Assembly (NCBI GenBank): GCA_963843375.1
Contig: CAWJKT010000004.1
Span: 96,001-160,000 of the forward strand
Reading direction: 5' to 3'
Length of the DNA stretch: 64,000 bases
Source of the DNA: an uncultured Pseudomonadota bacterium
Lineage (GTDB): Bacteria; Oederibacteriota; Muellerivitia; Muellerivitales; Muellerivitaceae
In this document: in pieces, positions 10,347-21,154 of the stretch
How the letters are laid out: every line of letters starts with the position of its first letter
How positions within the stretch are numbered: the first letter of the stretch is position 1
The notes under the pieces: model-generated
Database searches by the model: none
Told to the model about the DNA's origin: nothing
What the model saw: the letters and a program-made list of their open reading frames with translations, nothing else
Translations under genes and position numbers: made by a program

Positions 10347-11579
10347 TCAATAGGCCAAGAACGGTCCGGTATAAAGGCCGGCCGTGCGCTGTTCGAAGCC
10401 AACGTAGACAGGCCGGCCGTAGAAGAAGGGCATGCCCCAGGTGAAGTTGGTCGAACCACCTCCGCCGGCGAGGTCGATGAAGGCGGCGGCACCGGCGACA
10501 AAGGTATTCGGGTCGGCGATGGCAAAGTTCACGGTGCTGGAGGCATTGTTGACGCCAACTCCGGTGTTCACGGCAAAGACGCTCTGCGGCGCCACGGCCG
10601 GACAGTAGTAGCCCACGAACGGGCCAGTGCCGCACACGCCCAGCGTGGGATCATCAAACAGATAGGAGTCGGCCCCGGAATCAATCAGTGACGGAAGGGC
10701 CGTCGCGCCGCCATTATAGGTGGCGGTGAAGTCGCCATTGGCATTGGTGCCCAACACGGCCAGCCCGGTGGCGGGCAGCGCATTGTCGCTCTGGGTTCCC
10801 AGGCCGAAGATCACCTCGCCCGCCACGCTGGCATCGCCGTTGGCATTCTGCAGATTGGGCAGGTTCACGATCAACCCATTGTTATCCGCCGCGAACAGCG
10901 TCGCCGGATTGGTCACCTGGGTGCCAAGCGCAGCATTTTCTGCCGTGCAGACGCCGGCGGCGCTGCAGCCGTAGTAGACCGGAAGCGGTGACGCAGCGCC
11001 CGCACAGGCATTGCCGCAATCCTGTGCAAAGACACCGATGCCCAGTACACCGTTGGCACCGAAGCCGGAAATGCCATTGATCAGCGTCCCGTTGGCGCCG
11101 CACGTTGCTGGCGGCGGTGCGCTGCTGCCCGTATCATCCATGATCTGGATGGGAACCTTCGATGCGGCCTCCCCGGCCAAGGTGACGTCAGTGAGGGCCA
11201 CGGGCCCCCACGTCTGTCCGCCACCGAACGTGACGCACTCCTCCAGCGTCTGCCCCTGGGCATCGGTTTCGGGGCTGAGTTTGACACTCGCCGAGAGCAC
11301 CGAACCGACCAGTCGCAGGCCGGACGATCCGGTATCCAGCAGCACATGGTCGATATTCAGGCACTGAGTCTGGCTGCCCGGTACGCACACCGTCACAGTC
11401 ACGTAGGCATGGTTGATTTGACCGCTGGCGCCCGCTGGCCCGGAATCCACGATGACCGTCAGGCGGTTTTGCACCGGCGGCGGCGATTTCGCGCCGGCGC
11501 CCGTGCTGCTGTTGCCCACACAGGCGCCCAGCAATGTCGGAAGCATGACGCTTGCAATGAAGGCTACAGCACATCGCAT
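10347..11579 (-). CDS. DUF3443 family lipoprotein
   Basis: Lipobox LLGAC, then YVTVTVCVPGSQTQCLNIDHVLLDTGSSGLR and C-terminal WGMPFFYGRPVYVGFE. RBS GGAGG upstream of the ATG at 11579. Confidence 0.85.
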   Translation of the reverse strand: MRCAVAFIASVMLPTLLGACVGNSSTGAGAKSPPPVQNRLTVIVDSGPAGASGQINHAYVTVTVCVPGSQTQCLNIDHVLLDTGSSGLRLVGSVLSASVKLSPETDAQGQTLEECVTFGGGQTWGPVALTDVTLAGEAASKVPIQIMDDTGSSAPPPATCGANGTLINGISGFGANGVLGIGVFAQDCGNACAGAASPLPVYYGCSAAGVCTAENAALGTQVTNPATLFAADNNGLIVNLPNLQNANGDASVAGEVIFGLGTQSDNALPATGLAVLGTNANGDFTATYNGGATALPSLIDSGADSYLFDDPTLGVCGTGPFVGYYCPAVAPQSVFAVNTGVGVNNASSTVNFAIADPNTFVAGAAAFIDLAGGGGSTNFTWGMPFFYGRPVYVGFEQRTAGLYTGPFLAY

Positions 11580-11602
11580 GCGTTCCTCCTGCCTCCGCGC
11601 CG

Positions 11603-12073
11603 TCAGCGCAGGGTATCCAGTGCTACGCCGGCCGGGACGGCCGCGGGCAGATACGCCCGCCCAGAGTAGGCGCGCAGGTGCCCACCGGTATCCACCACCA
11701 GGTCTGCCGTCACAACATGAATGGCGCGCTGACGGCCCGCATTCTGCAGTAACCAAAGGGCACTGGCGTACTGCCCGAAGTACGCACCCAGCACGGCCGC
11801 CAGATCCGGTACTGCAGGTCCACTCCAGCTCACCGCAAACACGGTGCCGCCAGAATCCAGGAACTCGCGCACGGTCATGCCGTTGTCAGTCCGGATGCTC
11901 ACCGTATCGCCCGGCGCTGGCTGCACCGGTTGCACCTGGCCGTGCAGTTGCGTTGCATCCGCGAGAATACTGGCCGAATCCCCACCCAAGGTAGCCTGCG
12001 CACTGATCGACCAGGCGCACAGCGCGCTCGATATGACAATCCGCGGGACAACGCGAGCAACTGAACGATGCAT
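11603..12073 (-). CDS. DUF2844 family secreted protein
   Basis: AQATLGG..TVREFLDSGGTVFAVSWSGPAVPDLAAVLGAYF..GGHLRAYSGRAYLP. Sits in the usual position before DUF3443. Confidence 0.85.
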   Translation of the reverse strand: MHRSVARVVPRIVISSALCAWSISAQATLGGDSASILADATQLHGQVQPVQPAPGDTVSIRTDNGMTVREFLDSGGTVFAVSWSGPAVPDLAAVLGAYFGQYASALWLLQNAGRQRAIHVVTADLVVDTGGHLRAYSGRAYLPAAVPAGVALDTLR

Positions 12074-12225
12074 TCGAGTATTGTGCAGCATCAGCAGCGG
12101 CGCTGGCACCGTCTCAGAATGCCGACAGGTCCACGCGTCCGACCGCGCTGCGGCTGAACTGTGGCGAGACAAAAATCCCTTTGACAGTGAAGTGCGCCGA
12201 TTCGCAAATCGTATTGTCTCAAAAA

Positions 12226-12560
12226 TCATAGCGCAGCTGCCGGGTGGCGCCTCCGGGCACAGGAACGACAACAATGGAAGCCCGAGTCCACGCGCGCCCA
12301 GGTCGATGCCTTGCGGTCCCAGCCATCAATCTGGAAGATGGCCGCGGCCGCAGGCGGCCCCCAGAAACGCGGACTTTGCACCGCCTTGAGCGCTGAGGCA
12401 CCCACTCGCGACCAGCCCGGCGCAACTGTCACATCCTCGCCCCAAGGGCGGCCCTCCTGAACGGTCGCGCAGTCGCTTAACGCCAGGCCAAGCAACCCCA
12501 ACCACACCCTTCCAGGCACTGCCCGAAAGGCCAAAGTCCGCCGTCGTCTCGCTGCGTGCA
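12226..12560 (-). pseudogene. Truncated N-terminal remnant of a lipoprotein-like (possibly PAP2) gene
   Basis: LGLLGLALSDCAT..GRPWGEDVTVAPGWSRV..FWGP.AAAAIFQIDGWDRKASTWAR, after which the sequence loses protein-like character. Confidence 0.4.
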
Positions 12561-12802
12561 CTGTACTTTGCCACACGAACTCGGTACTTTGCAGCGTAAA
12601 GTGATTGCCGGCTCGGTGCAACTTCCGACGCGGCGCGGCGCTCAGCCGCATCAGCGCACCGGGGCGGTTGATTCTCACAGTCGAGTACGTCCAAGCATAG
12701 TTGCACCCCGAAAAGCGAACGCCACCCGGTAATCCCGTGATTTCCTTGCGCACACTCGAACGAAGTGTCAAACGTTGGCTGAACCTCCGGCTCTCGGCTT
12801 GC

Positions 12803-13435
12803 ATGACGCCGCGGCAGCAGCGGATGATGCCCCTCGCGCTGCTCGTGGCGCTCATCACGACTCCAGATATCGCCCGCGCTGGCGGCGGTCCGCTGGGAAT
12901 CGATTCGCGTCTGACGTACGACAACCGCGGCATCTGGGCCCGGGGCAATCAGGAGGCCTTGATCGACAGCATGATCGGTGTCGTGGCAGCGGGCGCGTTG
13001 TGGGAAGGCGGCGAAGACCGTTTGGGCAAGACCTTCTGGCAATCCGTGGACGCGGGGGCAATCAGCGGACTGGCCTCCACCGCGCTCAAATACGCGTTTT
13101 CGCGCGAGCGCCCGTCCCAGACCTCCAACCCAAATGAGTGGTTCACGGGGCACGGTCAGAGCTTTCCGAGCGGGGAGGTCACCACGACGAGCTCACTGGT
13201 CACGCCTTTCGTTCTTGAATACGGCAGGGACCACCCGGCCGTGTATGCGCTGGAGCTGCTACCGATCTATGATGCCATTGCCCGCATGAAGACTTGGGGG
13301 CATTGGCAAAGCGATGTGCTCGCCGGCTACGCATTAGGGACCGCGAGCGGCTACTTCCTGCACCGCAGCGGTTCCCCGCTCGTTTTCAGTGTCATGCCAC
13401 ACGGGGTTCAAGTCGGGTTCAAAATGCAATTCTGA
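12803..13435 (+). CDS. PAP2 family phosphatase
   Basis: KYAFSRERP, SFPSGE, ARMKTWGHWQSDVLAG motifs. Confidence 0.85.
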   Translation: MTPRQQRMMPLALLVALITTPDIARAGGGPLGIDSRLTYDNRGIWARGNQEALIDSMIGVVAAGALWEGGEDRLGKTFWQSVDAGAISGLASTALKYAFSRERPSQTSNPNEWFTGHGQSFPSGEVTTTSSLVTPFVLEYGRDHPAVYALELLPIYDAIARMKTWGHWQSDVLAGYALGTASGYFLHRSGSPLVFSVMPHGVQVGFKMQF

Positions 13436-13613
13436 CGCCTTACATTGGCTACAAGACAGGTCCGCCAGGCTCGGTTGCAGGCTGCCCACGTTCAATCATG
13501 GTTAGACTTCGGGCCGCCCGGCATTCTCGCATCGACAATGCTTTCGACGCTCGAGGGCCTCTCATGGGAGCATCAAGTGTTACACGCCCAACTGAACGCA
13601 ACATAGGTAAGCG

Positions 13614-14198
13614 ATGACCATCGATGCAGCAGACGCGGCGCTTGCGCAGAATCCCCCCGGGCGCTATGGACCGGGCGCGATCGGGTTTCACTGGGCCACG
13701 GTGCTGCTCGTGGTGTGGGTGGGGGTACTGGGCCTGCTGCATGATTCCTGGCCTCGAGCAACGCAAGCGTTCTGGATAAACGTTCACGCGCTTTGCGGAC
13801 TTTTCCTTTGGGCGGTGGTCATTGCGCGGTTGTGGTGGCGGACGCGCCATCCACCGCCGGGCTTGCCTGCCGGCGTCAGCGAACTTTCGCGTCGACTCTC
13901 CGGGCCTGTCCACCTGTTGCTTTATGCATTACTGCTGATCATTCCCATTATTGGCATAGTGACATTCATCTGGCACGGCCGCGTCTTCGACTTCGGCCTA
14001 TTCCGGATCAATCCGGGCGTTCGGTCGAACCGCGCAATATTTCATCCCACCGAAAATATTCATGGCTATCTGGCCTACGCCCTGTTCGCGCTCGCCGGCC
14101 TTCATGCCGCTGCGGCGCTCTACCACCATCTGATCAGAGGTGACGACATCTTGAGACGCATGTGGCCGCGCTCTGGCAGTAACCACTCAACTCGCTGA
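13614..14198 (+). CDS. Cytochrome b561 (YceJ-like di-heme b)
   Basis: Four TM helices with FHW, NVHALCG, VHLLLY, IHGYLAY and LHAAAALYHH..RDD-like C-terminus. Confidence 0.88.
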   Translation: MTIDAADAALAQNPPGRYGPGAIGFHWATVLLVVWVGVLGLLHDSWPRATQAFWINVHALCGLFLWAVVIARLWWRTRHPPPGLPAGVSELSRRLSGPVHLLLYALLLIIPIIGIVTFIWHGRVFDFGLFRINPGVRSNRAIFHPTENIHGYLAYALFALAGLHAAAALYHHLIRGDDILRRMWPRSGSNHSTR

Positions 14199-14311
14199 TC
14201 CTTAGTGCCAGACAGCGACCCTCGCAACGCGCAATATTGCCATGAGAACGATTAGCGGCGATGCGGCCCCGAGATCATGGAGCCGCGCGCGCCCGCCGCC
14301 TGGCACCAAGC

Positions 14312-15187
14312 TCATCGGACACACCAGGCCCGTACCTTCTCCTGGCGCAGGAAGTCTTCCGCGTCGGCGCCGCGCAGGAGCGCTAGCTTCGCCAGCAATC
14401 CCGCCTCGGTGCATGTGGGAGCGTGAACTGTCACGGACCGTGGTGCGTCGGGTATTGGCCAGCCGGTTCGAGGATCCAGAACATGACCATATCGCGTACC
14501 TCGGTCATTCACATAGCGGTACGTATCGCCGCTGGTGGCGAGGGCGCCGTGGGTGAGGTCCAGCAGGCCCGAAGTAACGCCCGCCTGATCCACGTCCTCT
14601 ATTGCCACATGCCAGTGGCCACCGTCCCGCCTTGGCCCAGAGACCCTAAGATCTCCTCCAAAATTGACCAGCACGGGCGCATCAGTGGCGTCTTGGGCCA
14701 GGAGCAGTGCCCGATCGACGGCATACTCCTTACCGATGCCACCTAAATCGATCTCCATTCCCGCAGGCAGCTGCAGCACCGGGCGACGCCAGGAGACGCG
14801 GTGCCAGCCTACAAAGGGGAGGATCTGCAACACTGCTGAGGCGTCCGGAACCGTGCCCGTACCATCAAAGCGCCATACCCGCCGCAACACCCCGGAAGTG
14901 ATGTCGAAGCGACCTTCACTCAATTGATAGCACGTTTCCGCATAGTCAATGAGATCGGCGGATTCGGCGTCCAATAAGACTTCATGGCCGGCGCTCTGAT
15001 TGATCGTTGTGACCACACTGGGACGGTAGCGCGAAAACTTCGCCTCGACGCGCAGCGCTTCCTGTTTGACTGCCTCTCCCACTCCAGCCCCGATCTCAGC
15101 GTCGGCGGTGTCAACCAGGACAATGCAGGGGCTGCCCATGGCCAGGAACTGAGTGACGTGGTGCTGATTTTGTGTGCCCTGCGCCAT
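14312..15187 (-). CDS. apbE: FAD:protein FMN transferase ApbE
   Basis: AMGS, EAKFSRYR, FDITSG, IDLGGIGKEYAVD, VNFGGD, ATSGD, YGHVLDPRTGWP. Confidence 0.93.
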   Translation of the reverse strand: MAQGTQNQHHVTQFLAMGSPCIVLVDTADAEIGAGVGEAVKQEALRVEAKFSRYRPSVVTTINQSAGHEVLLDAESADLIDYAETCYQLSEGRFDITSGVLRRVWRFDGTGTVPDASAVLQILPFVGWHRVSWRRPVLQLPAGMEIDLGGIGKEYAVDRALLLAQDATDAPVLVNFGGDLRVSGPRRDGGHWHVAIEDVDQAGVTSGLLDLTHGALATSGDTYRYVNDRGTRYGHVLDPRTGWPIPDAPRSVTVHAPTCTEAGLLAKLALLRGADAEDFLRQEKVRAWCVR

Positions 15188-15190
15188 GAC

Positions 15191-16568
15191 TTAGAAAGCA
15201 TAGCTGTATCCGAGGAGGACTGTTACGGCGGTGAGGGCCGGAAACAGATTCTGTTGTCGCAATTGACCGATGGCGAAGCCCGGGGAGCCGTCACCGCGCT
15301 GATCATAGTATTCGATCCGGACGCTGAACTCGGAACCTTCATCCACGGGCAAGCCGAATTTCAAGCCGTAAGTCGCAGCGTGGAACTTGGCCAAACGAGT
15401 GTCCGCCGAGGCGAATTCCGGCAATGGCTGGCCGCCCACCAGGTAGTAGTCGAAGAAATTGGCTGCACCTTGCTGGTAGTAGCGTGCATGCGGTTCAAGA
15501 TACGCGCTGCCGGGGAGCATGTATCGATAGCGCAGATCCGCAGTGACAGATTTGATACCCCAATCGTCCTTGTAGCCGCGCACGTCAAATTCGACGATAT
15601 CTTGGGATAAGTGGACCTTGTTTTCCAGGAACAGACTCTGCTTGTGCCGCGAATCCGGACGGCTCTCATACAGCTGCGAAACGGGCTGCCCACTCACAGG
15701 GTCGACCACTGAGATGATCTTGTAGGGATCGTTTTGGTAACCGTGGCTCGTTGAGTAGGAGTAGCTCAGGGATGAGAGCCACCGCCGGGTCATGACCTGA
15801 GTCAGTCCGAGGACGGCATCGACCTCACTGCGGCGGGCATCCGGACCCTTCCAGTCCCCACTCATGACACTCAGGGGCGTCGGGGTGCCTCCGATCGGAA
15901 ACGAGAGATCCGACTCGTAGTTCACCCCGGCGTTGAGCGTGGTGTTGTGCTGGTTGAGATCCTTGGAGACGCCGAAATTGACGCTCTCTGCACGATAGTC
16001 GTGTTCCTTCGAATAGGCCAGACCGCCATTGACAGTCACCCCCGCACCCAGGATCTGCTGCCAACCCGCGTTCGCAGCGTAGCGCAGATCCTTGAAGCTG
16101 GTGTCCAGAGGATAGGTATCCGCCGGTACAGTTCGGGTCGCCGAGAGCGTCTGTGTTGTCGCCCCGGTTGCCGGAGGCACCAGGGTCACGACGGAGCCAC
16201 CCGATGCCGTTGTGACCGTCACGGGCGTCCCAAGCGGAATGATCTTGTAGGGGCGCACATAGTTCTGGGGCAGCGTCGATGGCACCGCGCCAAGTGGCGT
16301 CGGCCCCGTCACCGAGTCCACGGTGAAGCCGAGCGTCAGTATGCTGTTTTCATCGATCTGTTGCGTCAGATTCAGGTCCGGCTCAATCGCGTGCACCCGA
16401 CCATTCTCATGGTAATAGAGAAGCCCGGTGTCAATCGTGGTTGTCGGCACGATCGGCCGGCGCTTCCTGCGCATTCGCATGAACTCCCGCAAGCAGGCCT
16501 GTTGCGGCCGTTGCGAGCATGCGCCGCAATGCGGACCTGGTCGGCGACACCTTCGGCTTCAATTGCAT
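15191..16568 (-). CDS. DUF3570 family outer-membrane beta-barrel protein (indel near 16445)
   Basis: Start MQLKPK..LATAATGLLAGVHANA overlaps the DUF4266 stop. Motifs DSVTGPTP, YSKEHDY, GYQNDPYK, RPDSR, DDWGI, ADTRLAKF, and C-terminal YSYAF. Confidence 0.85.
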
Positions 16569-16768
16569 CCGCAGCCACCACCCGCGTAACTGCGGCCGCC
16601 ACTGGATCCTTCCTTGCTGAAGTAGATGTGGTCATCAACTGCCGCCTGGAGCGGATCGGAATTCAGGCGCATCGCGGGCTCTGCCATCAGATCGTGCTGC
16701 CAGGGCTTTGGGCCCAGGGACGCACAGCCACTCAAGCATGTGAGCGCACACGAGAGCACCGCCAGCAT
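16559..16768 (-). CDS. DUF4266 family small lipoprotein
   Basis: Lipobox LSGC, PWQH..LMA.PAM, HIYFSKEGSSGG, terminal GGGCGCN. Confidence 0.88.
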   Translation of the reverse strand: MLAVLSCALTCLSGCASLGPKPWQHDLMAEPAMRLNSDPLQAAVDDHIYFSKEGSSGGRSYAGGGCGCN

Positions 16769-16775
16769 CAACAAC

Positions 16776-17231
16776 TCAGTGCGCTGTTTCCGCGAGCAGT
16801 TGGCGAACGTCATTTTCATATTCATCCTTTGTGATGTCGGAAAAACCGACATGTTGGAAGCGGACCTGCCCAGTGCGGTCGATGAGCACGGCGCTGGGCA
16901 TGCCGATGATCTTGTACGTTGTGGCAATGGTGCCTTGGGGGTCGTAGACGATTGGGAAATCAGCGGGCGTGTCGTCAAGGAACTTCCTGGCGAGCTCGTT
17001 GCTCTGGTCCACGTTGACACCGATGACCACCAGGTTGTACTTCCCGAACTGCCTTACAAGCTCGTCCAGCCACGGGAAGGAGCGTCTGCAGGGAGTACAC
17101 CAGGAGGCCCAGAAGTCCAGATAGACGACCTTGCCACGGTAGGCGCTCAAATCCAGCCCATCTGCGAGCGCCGGAGTGCCGCTCACGATGGCCACGGCAA
17201 TGCCAAGTACGCCCCACGAAGTCTTCTTCAT
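16776..17231 (-). CDS. TlpA family thiol-disulfide oxidoreductase
   Basis: Signal peptide, GKVVYLDFWASWCTPC, GMPSAVLIDRTG. Confidence 0.92.
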   Translation of the reverse strand: MKKTSWGVLGIAVAIVSGTPALADGLDLSAYRGKVVYLDFWASWCTPCRRSFPWLDELVRQFGKYNLVVIGVNVDQSNELARKFLDDTPADFPIVYDPQGTIATTYKIIGMPSAVLIDRTGQVRFQHVGFSDITKDEYENDVRQLLAETAH

Positions 17232-17770
17232 CGGTTGCTCCTGCGTTGGTTCTGTGTACCGCTCTTAGCGCGCGGTAGGTTTATAAGAGAACCCCATGCC
17301 TTGAGGTGCAAGGCTCCCAGCGAAATGATCAAGCGAACTTTCCCGCGCAAAGTAAACCATTACGACCGGAGGCTATTGAAGAAGTTCGATTGGACAAGCA
17401 ATTTATTGCCCTCAGCGATCGCGCCGATGATCCATACTTGTCGTAAGTTGATTCCATAGGCCGCGATTTGTTGTTCCGGAAAGCAAACGCCATGACGGCT
17501 GGAGTCTCGAGGCCTTCGTTGTAGCGCACCTTGCCGCCTGTACCATTCATGTCCCCACGGCAAATCCGGTCCGGTCCGCCACGACCTCGGACCTCTGGAC
17601 GACAATTGGCTTCCCTCGCGCCGTTACTACGGCGCACTGCTCCTGCATGGCCTTGAGACGTCAGGCAGGCGAGAAATCAATCGCACTGAGCCGTTAAGTC
17701 GGACTACTCATGATCCTGCGGTCATGGAGACGGTGACCGCGAGGGATGCCCGTATAGGGGAAAGGACTGC

Positions 17771-20098
17771 TTATTGACTGCTCTGTAGCCGCCAGGAGAA
17801 TCCAAGGGTGACGCTGCGTCTGGGCCAGGAATCTGTTGACCAGGAAGGCGTTGCGCCAACAATGGGGGAAAGCTCCGCGCAACAATTGTTACTGCGATTG
17901 GCAGCATTCGTGATCTCCAGCCACACTGAGACCTCTCCAAGGCGAGTGAAGAGGCTGCGCGAGAGATGCGCGTCGAGGCTGAGATATCCTCCCCAGCGCA
18001 AACTGTTCTCTGGGCCCAGCAGTAAATAGGGGGCACTGCCAGGTGTTGCGGCGACAAGGTCGATCGGCGTGCCTGGCCAGCCACTGTGCCAGCCGACCAG
18101 GAGCGATGCCATCGTACGCGGGGTCTTCCAGGCTACGCCTAGATTGAGCGCGTGGCGCTGATCCCAACTGCGCGGCACATCGCCACCCGGCAGTTCATCC
18201 AAGGCCTGCGACAGGGTATACGTGCCCCATAAGGTCAGGTGAGAGCCGATGGACTGCCTCGCGCTCAGCTCAATTCCGTCGCTTTCGGCGCCCAGTGGTG
18301 CGATCAGCATCCGATCAGGTTGCAACTCAGGCAGCAGCGTCACAACCCCGAGCGCGTTGTCATAGTAGGGACTGATACTCGACCAATGATCGCGGTAGAT
18401 CTCGACCCGCCATCGCAAGGCGTCGTCCGGTTCGTGCGCGAGCCCGACTACTGAGTGGACGGCCCGGTTGGCGGAATCCGGAGTGGACTGATTTTCTGCT
18501 GCGCGATATTCATCAACGCGCTGAGCTTGGCTGAACTCGCCCCAGGAACCATACACATGCCAATCCGGTGCCGGGTCATAGCGCACATTCAGCCGCGGCG
18601 TGAGCTGCGTGCGCTCACCGAAACCCCGGTAGTCCTGGCTGTCCACGCGAGCACCGATCTCCGCCTCGAAGTCTCGCCACTGTCGGCGCGCCGAGGCGAA
18701 CAGGCCGAAGCTCGATGCGTGCGGGGACTGGTCCGAGTTGACACTGACGAGCGGCTGCAGGCTAAAACCGGGCCCCAGCACGCTCGTGAAGGTTTCATTT
18801 TGGCGGTAGTGCGATGTGGCGCCCTCCGTCGCGAACTCCGCGCCCGCATTCCAGAGCAGCCCGGAGTTCGAAAGGTATGTCCATTCACTCTGGCCGGCAT
18901 AGGTGGCGAAGTCGTGCTGCTCATCGAGTGCTCCGTCCACGACACCGGTCAGATCGAGATTGCCAGAATGCCTGCTCTGGGACTGTGTATAGGAGAATGA
19001 TGTATGGGATTGCAACGCGGAGGTCGGTGCCCAGTCCCAGGCGAGCCAGACGTACTCGTCACGCGAATGTGCGTTCGCCAACTCATCGCGTGATCCTTCG
19101 CTCGCGCTCGCCTGGTCATCGAGCAGGAGCCATCCCACCGTAGCGCTCGAGCCCGGGCTGATGATCCAGCGGGCTCGTGTGAGCGCATCGAAGAACACAG
19201 GATTGATAGGGTTGGCGTCGATAGGTTGCAACGCGTTGGTTTCATCGGGACTGCGTCGGACCGAGGCCAGCCACTCAATGGGCCATCGATCCAGGCGTCC
19301 CGCGCCGGAAAAGTCGACACCCAGGCGGCTCGCATCGGCCTGCAAGTCGTAGCCCGAGGGAACGGTTTTGGGTGCGACATCGATCACGCCGGCTGTGCTG
19401 CCTCCAAATCGCACAGGGAAGCCGCCAGAATATATGTCGATACGCTCCACGTCGGCAGGGAGGAATGGGCTCAGCAAACTTTCAAATGCACGGAAATGAT
19501 ACGGATTGGTCAACGTCACATCATCGAAGCGAAACAACACTTCGTCTGCCTTGCCACCGCGGATGTACGGGCGGGTGGAATAGGTGCTCGCCACGCCTGG
19601 TGCCGCGCGCGCCGCGCGCAAGGCGTCATTCTGCGTGCCCGGCACCTGCTCAATAGCGCGCTGGTCCAGGGCATTTGGTTCGCCATCGCCGGCACTTTCA
19701 AAGGCGTAGTGGCTGGCGAATACGACTACCTCTTCGGTTGCGGATGGCCCAGCGGCCGTTGACGCAACACCGCTATTTGTGGTCGCTACCGGATTGTGAA
19801 CAGGCGCTGCGCGAGTTACCACAAAATGGTGATCGTCGGTCTTCTTCAGCTGCAAGTCATTGGCAGCAAGTGCCGCTTCAACCTGGGTAATCAGGGGCTC
19901 AGCTTGGGTTGCTGCCGGCGCGATCAATGTGGGTGGCACCAGGTCCGAGCTGAAGAGCACGCTCACACCGGTGGCACTCAGGGCGCGAAGCAATTCGGCG
20001 ACGGCGACGTGCGGCGTTGGCGCACCGGCCGCCACCGCCGCATAGGCGGCCAGCACGAGTACGAGCGGCCTAAGGCGCCGACCCGTCAGCGGCGGCAC
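17771..20098 (-). CDS. TonB-dependent receptor with N-terminal signalling-like extension
   Basis: 775 aa, signal peptide, EEVVVFAS TonB-box-like segment, plug motifs PGV..YIRGG..IDIYSGGFPVRFG..GVID, barrel-type C-terminus. Confidence 0.88.
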   Translation of the reverse strand: MPPLTGRRLRPLVLVLAAYAAVAAGAPTPHVAVAELLRALSATGVSVLFSSDLVPPTLIAPAATQAEPLITQVEAALAANDLQLKKTDDHHFVVTRAAPVHNPVATTNSGVASTAAGPSATEEVVVFASHYAFESAGDGEPNALDQRAIEQVPGTQNDALRAARAAPGVASTYSTRPYIRGGKADEVLFRFDDVTLTNPYHFRAFESLLSPFLPADVERIDIYSGGFPVRFGGSTAGVIDVAPKTVPSGYDLQADASRLGVDFSGAGRLDRWPIEWLASVRRSPDETNALQPIDANPINPVFFDALTRARWIISPGSSATVGWLLLDDQASASEGSRDELANAHSRDEYVWLAWDWAPTSALQSHTSFSYTQSQSRHSGNLDLTGVVDGALDEQHDFATYAGQSEWTYLSNSGLLWNAGAEFATEGATSHYRQNETFTSVLGPGFSLQPLVSVNSDQSPHASSFGLFASARRQWRDFEAEIGARVDSQDYRGFGERTQLTPRLNVRYDPAPDWHVYGSWGEFSQAQRVDEYRAAENQSTPDSANRAVHSVVGLAHEPDDALRWRVEIYRDHWSSISPYYDNALGVVTLLPELQPDRMLIAPLGAESDGIELSARQSIGSHLTLWGTYTLSQALDELPGGDVPRSWDQRHALNLGVAWKTPRTMASLLVGWHSGWPGTPIDLVAATPGSAPYLLLGPENSLRWGGYLSLDAHLSRSLFTRLGEVSVWLEITNAANRSNNCCAELSPIVGATPSWSTDSWPRRSVTLGFSWRLQSSQ

Positions 20099-20131
20099 TG
20101 CTCAGGTGCGCACTCGGAAAACCCCTCCGAT

Positions 20132-21154
20132 TCATTGGCTAGAGTGTACCCGAATGACCCCATCCGCCAACTCATAAGTCAGCGAGGTGCTGGAGAGGAT
20201 CTCTGCCAGCCCATCCAGTGTGGCGGCGCTGCGCATAGATCCGTGCAAGATCGTGCGCTGCGCACTCTCCCGGGCCCGCGCGTCGGCGAACACCACCTGT
20301 CGCCCCAATTCACGGCTGATCCACTGCAAGTATTCATCGAGTGAGCGACCTTCAACGGCAAATTCGGGCGCTAGCGCCATCGTCCATTGCCAGTCACTTC
20401 CATAGGTGGGTACCGACTGCCGCGTGACTTGGCCATCCGAGGTGGCCAGCAATTCCGTACCGGCGGCGGCGAACTGTACGCCGATGGGGCCAGAAAAGCG
20501 CACTTGGCCTTCCCGGACCCGAATGCGTACGACACGATCGTCGCTGAAGACCTCAAATTCGGTGCCGACGTGTTCGACAAGCCCCGCGCGGGTTGCCACG
20601 CGCAGCTTGCTGGAATTGGCCAAACCAGCGGGTTTGTCCACATAGATGGCACCACGCTCGAGCTGCAGTTGCGAAGCAGTTGCCACCTCAATCACACTGC
20701 CTTCAGCGATACGCAGCGTACCACCTTGTGCCAGTAGGATCAGGGCCGAACCGCGTGCCGTGAAGGCATCCCCCACACGCACAGCTTCGCCCATCGAGAG
20801 GGTATGGTGCCGAAGGAACCGTTCTCCAACCTCGATGCTCCCGTCGCGGGTGCGAGCCAGTGAACCGATCATTTCCCTATCATCTGACGGCTTCCCGACC
20901 ACAAACAGGCCGACCACTATCGCGAGCGCACACGCCGCGGTAGCGACCCCCGCCCACCACACCCCATGACGGACCAACCGTCGTGTCCGGGCCGCCCGCG
21001 CGGGCTTGGCTGTTTCCTCCCAAGCGTCCCGCACGGCAGCGCGCACCCGCCTGACTGCTTCGGCATCCAGAGGTTGGGTCGCAAGGCGTCTCACCAACAG
21101 TTGCTCCAGGGCGCCATCACCAGCGTCGGAGTTCGATTCTCGGGTATCGCTCAT
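20132..21154 (-). CDS. FecR family anti-sigma factor
   Basis: Single TM, LERGAIYVD, VEHVGTEFEV, VREGQV, and C-terminal LDEYLQWISRELG domain. ATGA overlap with the sigma gene. Confidence 0.88.
   Translation of the reverse strand: MSDTRESNSDAGDGALEQLLVRRLATQPLDAEAVRRVRAAVRDAWEETAKPARAARTRRLVRHGVWWAGVATAACALAIVVGLFVVGKPSDDREMIGSLARTRDGSIEVGERFLRHHTLSMGEAVRVGDAFTARGSALILLAQGGTLRIAEGSVIEVATASQLQLERGAIYVDKPAGLANSSKLRVATRAGLVEHVGTEFEVFSDDRVVRIRVREGQVRFSGPIGVQFAAAGTELLATSDGQVTRQSVPTYGSDWQWTMALAPEFAVEGRSLDEYLQWISRELGRQVVFADARARESAQRTILHGSMRSAATLDGLAEILSSTSLTYELADGVIRVHSSQ

Noticed and set aside
17232..17770. Short ORFs 17329..17637 and 17360..17605
   Set aside because: No recognisable family, RBS or consistent codon pattern. 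At most a degraded remnant.
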